From NCBI GenBank assembly GCA_963702435.1, contig CAVPCR010000003.1:128001-192000 (forward strand): a stretch of DNA of 64,000 nt, read 5' to 3'. The position numbers and the translations under genes were made by a program. The stretch is from Candidatus Eiseniibacteriota bacterium. GTDB taxonomy: Bacteria; Eisenbacteria; RBG-16-71-46; CAVPCR01. Below, in pieces: positions 10,944-21,036 of this stretch. The notes under the pieces are model-generated. The model made no database searches. It was not told the DNA's origin and saw only the letters and a list, made by a program, of their open reading frames with translations. Each line of letters begins with the position of its first letter. Position 1 is the first letter of the stretch.

Positions 10944-11030
10944 TGGTGCCGGAGGCGGGATTTGAACCCGCACAACCCGTAGGGTCACCGCCTTTTGAGG
11001 GCGGCGTGTCTACCTTTCCACCACTCCGGC
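10944..11030 (-). tRNA. tRNA-Leu(CAA)
   Basis: Reverse complement GCCGGAGTGGTGGAAAGGTAGACACGCCGCCCTCAAAAGGCGGTGACCCTACGGGTTGTGCGGGTTCAAATCCCGCCTCCGGCACCA; long variable arm, encoded CCA. Confidence 0.96.
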
Positions 11031-11213
11031 ACCCGAGGGCCGGATCCTGACATGTCGTCTTCTGACCCGCAAGCGGCCGCCCGAGTGCCGACTCGAGCAC
11101 CGGCGCCTGGACGGGCGGGATGGGATCGGCTACCATTAGGCGAGGAAGTGGTGCCCCCGATGGTGTTTGTCCCCCTCAACCAGCCGCCCCGCACCCCACG
11201 GAGAGAGATCACG

Positions 11214-13028
11214 ATGCACGCGACCCCGTCGCTTCGCGCCACGATCGACCGCCGGATGATATCCGCGGCCGCCCTGGCCGCACTCGTTCTCGGCCTCGTC
11301 GCCACCGCCGTCCAGGCGGCCCCCTTCGATCACCCGTGGACGATCGCCCGTCACGACCAGGGGACCCTGGCCGCCGATCTTGCGCGCCTCGATGCGGCCG
11401 CGGGCGCGATCCCCGTGTGGGTCTACCTGACGGACAAGGGGATCACCTCCGACGAGAGCTACGCGCGCGCGCGCGCCGCGGCGGAGGCAGCGCTCACCCC
11501 GGCGGCGCGCGAGCGGCGGGCCCAGCTCGGCGGGGCGGCGCTCGTCGACTACCTCGATCTCCCGGTGCGTGCCGACCACGTCCAGGCGATCGCCGCGACC
11601 GGCGCCGAGCTCCGGCAGACGAGCCGCTGGCTGAACGCGGTGAGCGTGAACGCCACCCCGGCGGAGCTCGTGCGGATCGCGGTCCTGCCGATGGTCGCGC
11701 GGCTCGCGCCCGTCGCCCGCGGCCCGCGCTCGCCGCTCCCCGGGCCCGAGCGCACCCCGGAAACGGCCGGCGCCGCCCAGGTCCACATCCTCAACTACGG
11801 CCAGTCGCTCGGGCAGCTCGACGAGATCCAGGTCGCCGATGTGCACGACCTCGGCTACTCCGGCGCCGGCGTCCTCGTCTGCATGCTCGACACCGGGTAC
11901 TACAAGCAGCACGAGGCCTTCGCGCCCGCCATCTCGAGCGGCCGCCTGATCGCCGAGCGGGATTTCATCAACGGCGACTGGAACACGCAGAACGAGCCGG
12001 GCGACCCGTCCACGCAGCACAACCACGGGACCTACACCTGGTCGGCCCTCGGCGGCCAGAAGCCGGGCCAGCTCTACGGTCCCGCCTTCGGGGCCACCTT
12101 CGCCATCGGCAAGACCGAGGACGTGGCCGACGAGCAGCCGATCGAGGAGGATTTCTGGCTCGCCGGGAGCGAGTGGGCCGATTCGCTCGGCGCCCGCGTC
12201 ATCTCGAGCTCGCTCGGCTATCTCGACTGGTACACCTACGAGGACATGGACGGGAACACGGCGGTGACGACCAACGCCGCCGACATCGCGGCGAGCCGCA
12301 ACATCCTCGTCTGCACGGCGGCCGGCAACGAGGGGAACTCGAGCTGGCACTACCTCATCGCTCCATCGGATGGTGATTCGGTCATCGCCTGCGGCGCCGT
12401 GGACGACGCGAACCAGGTCGCCGGCTTCTCTTCCTGGGGGCCGAGCTACGACGGGCGCATGAAGCCCGAGGTCTGCGCGCGCGGGGTGTCGACCCGGTGC
12501 GCGACGACGCAGAGCACGACGAGCTACGCCGGCGTGTCCGGCACCTCGCTCTCGACCCCGCTCATCGGCGGCGCCGCCGCGCTCGTCATGGAGGCGCGAC
12601 CCGCCTGGACCGCGATGCAGGTGCGGGAGGCGCTCATCCGGACCGCCGACACCGTGAACAACCCCGACTATCGTCGCGGCTACGGCCGGATCCGCGTCCA
12701 CGACGCCATCAACTACACGGTGGTCGCGATCGCGCCCGTGGCGGCGCCGGAGGTGACCCCGCGGCTCCACGTGAGCCCGAATCCGCTCGCCTTCCCGACC
12801 GCGATCGCGCTCGCGGTCCCCGCCGCCGGTCCGCTGGCGGTCGACCTCTACGCGGTAGGCGGACGCCACGTGGCGCGGCTCCTCGACACGCGTGCGGCGG
12901 CCGGCGAGCTCCGTCTGAGCTGGGACGGCCGCGATGCGAACGGCGTCCAGGTCCCGGCCGGGGTCTATCTCCTCCGCGCCCGGGGGACTGGTCTCGATAC
13001 CCAGGCCAAGGTGGTGCTCGCTCCTTGA
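11214..13028 (+). CDS. Secreted S8 (subtilisin-like) serine peptidase with C-terminal FlgD-Ig/CTD-like domain
   Basis: Signal peptide; catalytic MLDTG, HNHGT, GTSLSTP; oxyanion AAGNEG; tail PNP...WDGRDANGVQVPAGVYLLR. Confidence 0.92.
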   Translation: MHATPSLRATIDRRMISAAALAALVLGLVATAVQAAPFDHPWTIARHDQGTLAADLARLDAAAGAIPVWVYLTDKGITSDESYARARAAAEAALTPAARERRAQLGGAALVDYLDLPVRADHVQAIAATGAELRQTSRWLNAVSVNATPAELVRIAVLPMVARLAPVARGPRSPLPGPERTPETAGAAQVHILNYGQSLGQLDEIQVADVHDLGYSGAGVLVCMLDTGYYKQHEAFAPAISSGRLIAERDFINGDWNTQNEPGDPSTQHNHGTYTWSALGGQKPGQLYGPAFGATFAIGKTEDVADEQPIEEDFWLAGSEWADSLGARVISSSLGYLDWYTYEDMDGNTAVTTNAADIAASRNILVCTAAGNEGNSSWHYLIAPSDGDSVIACGAVDDANQVAGFSSWGPSYDGRMKPEVCARGVSTRCATTQSTTSYAGVSGTSLSTPLIGGAAALVMEARPAWTAMQVREALIRTADTVNNPDYRRGYGRIRVHDAINYTVVAIAPVAAPEVTPRLHVSPNPLAFPTAIALAVPAAGPLAVDLYAVGGRHVARLLDTRAAAGELRLSWDGRDANGVQVPAGVYLLRARGTGLDTQAKVVLAP

Positions 13029-13061
13029 GCGACCGCCCGCGTTTTGAGCCGAGCTTCCGAT

Positions 13062-13089
13062 GAGAGCCGGGCGGCAACGCCCGGCTCTC
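13062..13089. terminator. Hairpin between convergent genes (bidirectional terminator candidate)
   Basis: GAGAGCCGGGCG-GCAA-CGCCCGGCTCTC, 12-bp perfect stem. Confidence 0.7.
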
Positions 13090-13105
13090 TCCTATCCACC
13101 CCTCG

Positions 13106-14266
13106 CTAGCCGATCGTCTTCCGGAAGCGCGTGGTCGCGATCGCGAGGAGCGCGCCGCCGATCGCGGCGAGTGCCGCGTACTGGGGCCACAGGGCGCCGA
13201 GCCCGGTGCCCTTGAGGAAGATCCCGCGCACGATCTCGAGGTAGTGCCGCATCGGGTTGAGCAGGGTGAGCCACTGGAAGCGGCCGGCATGCTGGCTGAC
13301 GGGGAACATGAACCCCGAGAGCAGCATCGTCGGCATGAAGACGAGGAAGCTCGACCATGAAGGCCTCCTGCTGGGTGTTGGAGACCGTCGAGATGAGGAG
13401 CCCGAGGCCGAGCGCCGGAGAGCAGGTAGAGGACGCTCGCCAGCGAGCAGAGCGGGGCCAGCTGCCCGTCGAACGGCACGCGGAACCAGAGCAGCGCGAC
13501 GGCCGTGATCAGCGCCAGGTCGAAGAGACCGATGAGCGCGAACGGGATCGTCTTGCCGGCGATCAGCTCGCCGGGGTGAGCGGGCTCACCATGAGCTGCT
13601 CGAGGGTGCCGATCTCCCGCTCGCGCACCACGGCGAGCGCGGTGAGGAGCAGGCAGATGAGCAGCATGATCGCGCCCACCACCGCCGGCACGTTGTAGTT
13701 CGCGGCTCGCGAGGTCCGGGTTGAACCAGGCCCGCTCGCGCAGCTCGATCGCCGGCGGCGCGGCCGGCGCCGCCCGGCTGCCGCAGCGGCGTAGCTCTGC
13801 ACGATGCGCTCGGCGTAGCCGCGTGGCGACGGTCGCGGCGTTCGAGTTGGTGCCGTCGAAGAGGAGCTGCACCGCGGCGCCGCGCCGCTCGCCAGGTCGC
13901 GGGCGAAGCCGGCCGGGATCTCGAGCCCGACGATGGCCCGGCCGTGGTCGAGCGCGTCGCCCGAGGTCGCGCGGGCGCGGTCCGACGCGCCCGACCACCC
14001 GGAAGTAGCCCGGACGCGGTGAACGCCGCGACCAGCTCGCGCGAGACTCGCGGGTGCGGTCGTGGTCCACGACGAAGGTCGCGTGTTGCGGACGTCGGTG
14101 GAGACCGCGTAGCCGAAGACGATGAGCTGGATGATCGGCGCGACGAAGATCAGCCGCGCGCAGCCGCGGAGTCGCGGAAGATCTGATGCAACTCCTTGCG
14201 CACGAGCTCGAGCACGCGCTCGAACGAGCGCGCCGCCCGGGCTCCGCACCCGCGCCGCGGCTTCAT
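13106..14266 (-). pseudogene. ABC-2 permease (YbhR-like), multiply frameshifted
   Basis: Fragments across frames: IFVAPIIQLIVFGYAV, VVREREIGTLEQLMVSP, LLSGFMFP, LNPMRHYLEIVRGIFLKG. Confidence 0.8.
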
Positions 14267-15405
14267 CGCAGCTCCTTCCTGAACGCCCGCACCGCCAGGG
14301 CGAGCCCGAGCGACCGCGAAGGCGATCATCGAGGAGCCCCTGGACGTACAGGAGCTCCGCGACCCGACGCCCTTGAGGAAGATCCCGCGCGTCACCACCA
14401 GGAAGTAGCGCGCCGGGACGATGAGCGATGAGGAGCTGCAGCGGCCGCGGCATGACCGCGATGCGCGAACATGAAGCCCGAGAGCAGGTAGGCCGGGCAG
14501 GAAGGTGAGCGACCATCGCCATCTGGGTGGCCAGCAGCTGCGACCGGGCGACCGCCGAGATGAAGATGCCCGAGGCCGAGCGACGCCGATCAGGAAGAAG
14601 AACGAGAGGACGAGCGAGGAGGACCGGGCTGCCGCGGAAGGGCACGCCGAAGAGCGACGACGCCGAGCATCGCGATCGCGACCACGTCGACGAGGCCGAT
14701 GGCGAGGTAGGGGAGGAGCTTGCCGAGCACGACCTCGAGCCGCGTGACCGGCGTGGCCGCGAGCTGCTCCATGGTGCCCCGCTCCCACTCGCGGGCGATG
14801 GTGAGCGAGGTGAGCATGGCGGCGATGATCATCATGATCACGGCGACCAGCCCGGGCACGATCATGTTCCGGCTCTTCAGCTCCTCGTTGTACCAGACCG
14901 CGGCTCTCGGCGACGACGGCCGGGGTGACGGCGAGCCCGCCGAACCCGGTGCGGCGGGAGTAGCTCTGGACGATGGCCTGCGCGTAGCCGAGGGCGATGG
15001 TGGCGGTGTTGGCGTCGCTGCCGTCGACGATGCGCCTGCACCGGCGCGGCGCGCCCGGCGCCGAGGTCGGCGGCGAAGTCGGGCGGGATGACGAGCGCGA
15101 GCAGGACATCCCCGCGGTCGAGGAGCGGGCGCGAGTCGCAGCGCGTGCGCTCCGGCATCGCCGACGAGCGCGAAGTAGCCGGAGGCGCTGGAAGGCGTCG
15201 ATCAGCTCGCGGCTCCGGGCCGTGCCGTCCTGGTCCACCACCGCGAGCCGGATGTCGTCCACGTCCCAGGTGATCGCGTAGCCGAAGAGGACGAGCAGGA
15301 GCACGGGCAGCAGGAAGGCGAGGATCAGGCTGCGCGTGTCGCGGCGGAGCTGCGATGATCTCCTTGCGGGCGACGGCGAGGAGGCGGGTCGCGGCTGAAC
15401 GGCAT
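14263..15405 (-). pseudogene. ABC-2 permease (YbhS-like), multiply frameshifted
   Basis: Fragments: RRDTRSLILAFLLPVLLLVLFGYA, IVDGSDANTA, LTIAREWERGTMEQL, PARYFLVVTRGIFLKG. Confidence 0.8.
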
Positions 15406-15417
15406 CCCCCGTCTGCC

Positions 15418-16416
15418 TCACTCCGCGAGCGCGCCGCCCGCGGCGTGGACGCAGGGCGATGAAGACGTCCTCGAGCGCGGGCGGGATCTCCGTCGATCGC
15501 GCCGAACTCGATCCCGCGCGGCCGCGAGCCGCGCCGGGATGGCCGCCCGCGCCGCCTCGCGATCGCGCGACGATGACGTGCACGGCGCGGCCGAACATGC
15601 CGGCGCTCGAGGACCCCGGGCGCGCCGGCCAGCGCCTCGACCGCGCGCGGGCTGTCGCCGCGGTCCGGATCTCGAGCAGCGGCTCGCGGATGCCGGCGCG
15701 CAGCGCGGCCGGCGTGTCGAGCGCGATCAGGCGGCCGCGGTTCATGAGCGCCAGGCGATGGCAGTACTCCGCCTCCTCCATGTAGTGCGTGCTCACGAAG
15801 ACCGTGGTGCCGCCGGCCGCGAGGGTCGTAGATCAGATCCCAGAAGCTCCGCCGGGAGATCGGATCGACGCCCGAGGTGGGCTCGTCGAGGAAGAGGAGC
15901 GGCGGCTCGTGGAGGACCGCGCAGCCGAGCGCGAGCCGCTGCTTCCAGCCCGAGCGGCAGCTCGCCCGTGATCCGTCGTGCGCGCTCGCCGTGAGCCCGG
16001 CCATCTCGAGCACCCAGTCGCGCCGCTCGGCGCGGCGCTCGCGCGGCACGCCGTAGAGCCCGGCGAAGAAGGCGATGTTCTCCTCCACGGTCAGGTCGGC
16101 GTAGAGCGAGAAGAGCTGCGACATGTAGCCGATGCTGGCGCTTGATCGCCTCGGTCTCGCTCGCCGATGTCGAAGCCGGCGACCGTGCCGCGCGCCCGGA
16201 GGTGGGCGCGAGGAGGCCGGTCAGCATCTTGATGGTCGTCGTCTTGCCGGCGCCGTTCGGGCCGAGGAAGCCGAAGACCTCGCCGCGTGCCGACCTCGAA
16301 GGTGACGCGATCGACGGCGACGAAGGCGCCGAAGGTGCGCGTGAGCTCTCGACGCGGACCGCGGGCGGAGGCGCGTCGGCGGCGCCGCGCGGCGCCGCCG
16401 GCGGGACGTCGCTCAT
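15418..16416 (-). pseudogene. ABC ATP-binding subunit 2 (YbhF-like half), frameshifted
   Basis: GFLGPNGAGKTTTIKML, MSQLFSLYADLTV.EN, LFLDEPTSGVDP and STHYMEEAE are spread over different frames. Confidence 0.8.
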
Positions 16417-17376
16417 CGCGCCTCCCCTGCCCCGCGATGCGCTCGATGAAGACATCCTCCATCGACGGCTCGATGCGCTCGGCGGCAGCGACGGGGAAGC
16501 CGGCCGCGCGCGAGGGCGGCGGTCACGCGCCGCGGCCGTCGCCGGTCCGCCGCGGCGACGGTGACGTGCAGCCGGTCGCCGAAGACCGCGGCCCGCGCAC
16601 GCCGCCGGATGGCGCGAGCGACCGCTGCGCGCGCGCGCGCGCGGCTCGGCGACCGCGATCGCCAGGATGTCGCCGCGCGAGGCTCGCCCTGCAGCGCGTC
16701 CGGCGTGTCGAGCGCGAGGAGCCGCCCGCGGTCGAGCAGGGCGAGCCGGTCGAAGCGCTCGGCCTCGTCCATGTAGGCGGTGCTCGACGACCGCCGTCAC
16801 GCCGTGCGCCACCATCTCGTGCACGATCAGCCAGAGGTCGCGCCGCGAGATCGGATCCACGCCGAAGGTGGGCTCGTCGAGGAGCAGGATCTCGGGCTCG
16901 TGCACGAGGGCGCAGGAGAGGCCGAGCTTCTGCTTCATGCCGCCGGAGAGCTGCCCGGCGAGGCGGTCCGCGAACGGCTCCAGGTTCGAGAAGCGGAAGA
17001 GCCGCTCGAGCCGCGCCGGCCGCTCGGCGGCGCGGCACCGCGGTAGAGGTCGGCGTAGAAGTCGGAGGTTCTCGGCCACGGTGAGATCGGCGTAGAGGCC
17101 GAAGCGCTGCGACATGTAGGCGATCCGGTGCTTCACCCCCTCGGGGTCGCGGGCGACGCTGACGCCGCCGAGGACGGCGTCGCCGGCGCTCGGGCGCAGG
17201 ACGCCGGCGAGCATGCGCAGGGTCGTCGTCTTGCCGGCGCCGTCGGGGCCGACGAGGCCGAAGAGCTCGCCGCGCGCGACGGCGAAGGTCGAGGCCGTCC
17301 ACGGCGACGAGGGCGCCGAAGCGCCGGGTCAGGCCATGCGCCGCGGACGGCGACCTCCGGCGGCGCTGTCGTTCAC
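16413..17376 (-). pseudogene. ABC ATP-binding subunit 1 (YbhF-like half), frameshifted
   Basis: Walker A GPDGAGKTT, LSGGMKQKL, LLLDEPTFGVDP, MDEAERFDR in different frames. Confidence 0.8.
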
Positions 17377-18398
17377 GGGCGCCGAGCTCGAGGCGCACGT
17401 CGGCCGGCATGCCGGGCTTCAGCTCGTAGCGCGGGGTCGTCGCTCGATGCGCACCTTGACCGCGTAGACGAGCTTCACGCGCTCCTCGCTGGTCTGCACG
17501 TTCTTGGGCGTGAACTCGGCCTCGCTCGCGATGAAGATGCACCTCGCCCGCGTAGCGCCTGTCGCGGATAGGTGTCGGTCGATGATCGCGGCGCGCTGGC
17601 CCAGGCGCACCGCGCCGATCCGGGTCTCGGGGACGTAGATGCGCACCCAGCGGTCGTCGCGGTTCATGCACGGTGAGGACCGGCGCGCCGGCGGCGACGA
17701 TCTCGCCCGGCTCGCGGTGGCGCACGGTGACGACGCCGTCGAAGGGGGCGCGGAGCGCCATGTTGTCGAGCGCGGCCTCGATCGCGCGCGAGCGCGGCCT
17801 CCGCCTGCGGCGACGCGCGCGCGCTGGGCCGCGATGCGCTCCTGCCGCGGGCCGCGTCTCGACGAGCGGAGCTGCTCCGCGGCCTGCGCCGCCTGGCTCG
17901 CCGCGACCTCGTAGGCGAGCGCTGCGCCTTGTCGAGTGCCTCCTGGCTCACCGCGCCGCCGGCGAGGAGCTCCTCGCGCGCGCTCGAGGTCGCGCCGGGC
18001 GTCGTCGAGGCGATCGGCGGCGCCGCCTCGCGCGCGCGCGCGCCTGCGCGATCTCCTCGGCGCGCGAGCCGCGCTCCAGCTCGTCGAGCGAGAGCGCGCG
18101 CGGCCGCCACGCTGCGCCGCGGCCTGGTCGCGGCGCGCCAGCGCCTCGGCGCGGTCGAGTGCGGCGAGCTCGGTGCCCGCGCTGCACCGGATCGCCCTCG
18201 CGGACGCGCGATCGCGTCGATGCGCCCGGCCACCTGGAAGCCGAGCTGGGCTTCGGTGGCCTCGACGGTGCCCGTGGCAGCCAGCTCGCGGCCGGGGTCG
18301 CGGTCCCGGAAGACCCCGAGGCGGGACAGGACGAGGAGCCCGCCGAGGACGAGCGGAACGAGGAGGAGAAGCTGGCGAGGCGGTGACGGTCGAGCCAT
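17373..18398 (-). pseudogene. HlyD-family membrane fusion protein (YbhG-like), frameshifted
   Basis: ATGTVEATEAQLGFQVAGRI, LRAPFDGVV, WVRIYVPE, IASEAEFTPKNVQT.EERVKLVYAVKV, LKPGMPADV. Confidence 0.8.
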
Positions 18399-18436
18399 GG
18401 GCACGGTCTCCTTGGGTTTCTCCGTCCGTGTGCGCG

Positions 18437-19804
18437 CTACGGGCGCGCGACGAGGGCCTCGGCGAGCCACGTCGGATCGAGCTCCCCGACCACGCGGGCG
18501 AGCTCGATGCGCGCTGCGATCTCCGCGTTCCTGGCCTCGGTGCGCCGCGCCCGCGCGAGAAGGAGCTCCGCTTCCGCTTCCAGATAATCCGTCTGCGTGC
18601 CCGAGCCCGCGGCGAGAGCGAGCTGCTCGATACGCGCGACCTCGGCGAAGCGAGCCTCGGCGGTGGCGAGGCTTTGCGCGAGCGCGTGCGCCTCGAGATA
18701 GAGCGTGTAGGCACGATCCACATCGGCGGCGATCTCGAGCTCGGTGAGGCGCGCCTCCTGACCGGCGCCGCGGGCGGCGGCATCGGCGCGTGCGATCGAG
18801 CCCGTGATCGCCCCGCCGGTGAACAGGGGGAGCGACATCTGGACGCCGGTGCTCCATTCAGCCGGGAGGTCGGCGTCGTCGGAGTTGCGATCGATCCAGT
18901 TGCCGTAGAGACCGACGGACGGCCAGCGCGCCCCCCGCGCCACATCGCTCCCCGCGGCGGCGGCGGCGGCGCGCGCCCGCGCTTCCGCCGCGAGCGGGCT
19001 CTGCGCCTGTGCAGATGCGAGGAGCGCATCGCGGGCCGGGATGGTCGAATCGGCGAGCGCGACCGCGACGAGCCGGCCCGCCCGCGTCTCCTCGACGGAG
19101 CCGCCGATCAGGCGGGCGAGGTCGCGTTCGGCCACCTCGAGCGCCGCCGCGAGGCGCACGCGCTCCGCCTCGGCGCTCGCGATCGCCGCCTCGACGCGCA
19201 GGACTTCGACCTCCGCGGCTCGCCCCGCCGCGCGGAGGCGGGAGGCCCGCTCGCGCTCGGCGCTGAGCGCGATGAGGCGCTGATCCTCGGCGGCCAGGAC
19301 CTCGTGGCGCGCGAGCGTCTCGAGATACGTGCGGGCGACCCGCATGAGGATGCGCTGCTCGCTCGTCGTGAGCGCGGCGCCGGCGGCGCCGGCGAGCAAT
19401 TCGGCGCGGTCGATGCGACCGCCCCGCGCACCTCCGTCGAACACGGTGTAGGTCGCGCCGAGCGCCGCCGTGAGGTGCGTCCGGTCGAAGGGCGGGATGG
19501 CTTCAGGCGTGAAGCCGTGGATGGGCGCGACTCCCATTGGCTCCTCGTACTGGGTGGCGGCTGCCGTCAGATTGAGCCAGGGCCAGCGCGCGGCCGCCGC
19601 TTCGCCCACGCCCGCGTCCGCTTCGTCCGCGCGTGCACGCGCGGCGCCGACCGTGGGATGGGTCGCGAGGGCGCGGGCCGCGGCCTCGACCAGTGCGAGC
19701 GTCGAGTCGGCTGCCGGATCAGCTCCGGCGAGGGGTCCGCCGAGGAGGACCCCGGCGGCGGCGAGGGCGAGGATGACGGGGGCAGGACCCGGGTGGTGCG
19801 TCAT
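18437..19804 (-). CDS. TolC-family outer membrane efflux protein
   Basis: Signal peptide, two OEP repeats (RWPWLNL...YTVFDGG; RWPSVGL...SLPLFTGG), Ala-rich helices; intact frame. Confidence 0.88.
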   Translation of the reverse strand: MTHHPGPAPVILALAAAGVLLGGPLAGADPAADSTLALVEAAARALATHPTVGAARARADEADAGVGEAAAARWPWLNLTAAATQYEEPMGVAPIHGFTPEAIPPFDRTHLTAALGATYTVFDGGARGGRIDRAELLAGAAGAALTTSEQRILMRVARTYLETLARHEVLAAEDQRLIALSAERERASRLRAAGRAAEVEVLRVEAAIASAEAERVRLAAALEVAERDLARLIGGSVEETRAGRLVAVALADSTIPARDALLASAQAQSPLAAEARARAAAAAAGSDVARGARWPSVGLYGNWIDRNSDDADLPAEWSTGVQMSLPLFTGGAITGSIARADAAARGAGQEARLTELEIAADVDRAYTLYLEAHALAQSLATAEARFAEVARIEQLALAAGSGTQTDYLEAEAELLLARARRTEARNAEIAARIELARVVGELDPTWLAEALVARP

Positions 19805-20484
19805 GCCTTCCTCCGTGCCGGTTCGAGGCTCCGGCGAATGAAACCCACCACGTGATCCACGACGCGGCGGTGCACCTTCGGATCGGCCGCGTCCACCCCG
19901 AACGCGTCGTTGAGGCGATGGCGAAGGAGCGCGATGTAGACCGGCTGGGCCACGATGCTCACGGTCATGAGCGCGGGGTCCCCCGGCCCGATGGTGCCGT
20001 CCGCCTGCCCGGCTGCGATGGCCGCCGAGAAGCGAGCGAGCACCCCCTGCATCATGCGCCGGACGGGCTCCGGAGCGGGGCGGTCGGCGGCCAGCTCGCG
20101 ACTCATGAGGGCGGGCAGATCGCGGTTGGCCGCCTGATGGGCGAAGATGGCGCGGACGCCGGCCTCGATGCGCGCGAGCGGCGCCGTCCCCGGATCGCCC
20201 ATGGCCAGGTCCAGTCGAGTGAGAAGCGGCTTGCAGCAAGCGGCCAGAACCTCGTGGTAGAGCGTCTCTTTGCTGCCATAGTGGTAGGTGATGGCGCCGA
20301 GATTCGCCCCGGCCGCGGCGGTGATGGCCCGGACCGAAGTGCCCTCGTAGCCGCGGCGGGCGAAGAGGCGGCGGGCGGCGATGAGCAGAAGGCCGGCGGT
20401 GTCCCCGGCGGCGGGCCGGCGGCTGCCGGGGCCGGTGCGGGTGCTGGTGCGGGTGCTGGGGGGCCGAGCCGTCGCGTGTTTCAT
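19801..20484 (-). CDS. TetR/AcrR-family regulator (CecR-like) heading the efflux operon
   Basis: AARRLFARRGYEGTSVRAITAAAGANLGAITYHYGSKETLY helix-turn-helix. Confidence 0.92.
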   Translation of the reverse strand: MKHATARPPSTRTSTRTGPGSRRPAAGDTAGLLLIAARRLFARRGYEGTSVRAITAAAGANLGAITYHYGSKETLYHEVLAACCKPLLTRLDLAMGDPGTAPLARIEAGVRAIFAHQAANRDLPALMSRELAADRPAPEPVRRMMQGVLARFSAAIAAGQADGTIGPGDPALMTVSIVAQPVYIALLRHRLNDAFGVDAADPKVHRRVVDHVVGFIRRSLEPARRKA

Positions 20485-20521
20485 ACATACGTATGATTGC
20501 GCAGGATGGCCGGCGATGCAA
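20481..20521 (-). promoter_or_regulatory. Promoter (TTGCAT-N17-AATCAT) with overlapping palindromic operator TCATAC-ATAC-GTATGA at the tetR start codon
   Basis: Perfect 6-bp inverted repeat at 20481-20496 in an AT-rich patch, overlapping the -10 element and the ATG. Confidence 0.7.
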
Positions 20522-20565
20522 TAGCCTCTCTGCAGTTTCGAGGCAGAGACTGGAGGGAGCCAGGA

Positions 20566-21036
20566 ATGCAGGCCCGCGCCGCGTACCGCTTCGCCTGGGT
20601 GGCGGAGCCCTTCGCCGAGGAGGCGACCCACGTCGAGCGGCCCCTGTTCGGCTGCCCCGCCCACTACCTCGCCGGGCGTCTCGTCCTCGTGCGCGCGGCG
20701 CGCGGGGCTCCGCCCTGGGAGGGTCTCCTCTTCCCCACCGAGCGGGACCGGCATGCGGCCCTGTGCGCCGAGTACCCGGCGCTCGAGCCTCATCCGGTGC
20801 TCGGGAAGTGGCTCTACCTGCCGGCGTCGAGCCCGGAGTTCGAGGGGACCGCGGAGGCTCTCGCGGAACGCATCCGGGCCCGCGACCCCCGCCTCGGGAT
20901 CGAGCCCGCGGGGCCGAAGAAGGATGCGGCGCCAAGGGAGGACCTGCCCGGCCGGCGCGCGGAGCACCCGTCCCGCCGGGGCGCTCCGCGCCGCGGCGGG
21001 TCTACTCCCCGAGGAGCGTCCGCACGTCGAGGATGA
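20566..21036 (+). CDS. Conserved hypothetical protein (TfoX/MmcQ-like)
   Basis: RBS GGAGGGAG; motifs RPLFGCPAHYL.GRLVL and HPVLGKWLYLP resemble TfoX-N-like small proteins. Confidence 0.6.
   Translation: MQARAAYRFAWVAEPFAEEATHVERPLFGCPAHYLAGRLVLVRAARGAPPWEGLLFPTERDRHAALCAEYPALEPHPVLGKWLYLPASSPEFEGTAEALAERIRARDPRLGIEPAGPKKDAAPREDLPGRRAEHPSRRGAPRRGGSTPRGASARRG

Noticed and set aside
10515..11030. Integrated mobile element at the tRNA genes
   Set aside because: No integrase and no duplicated tRNA 3' end found in the window.
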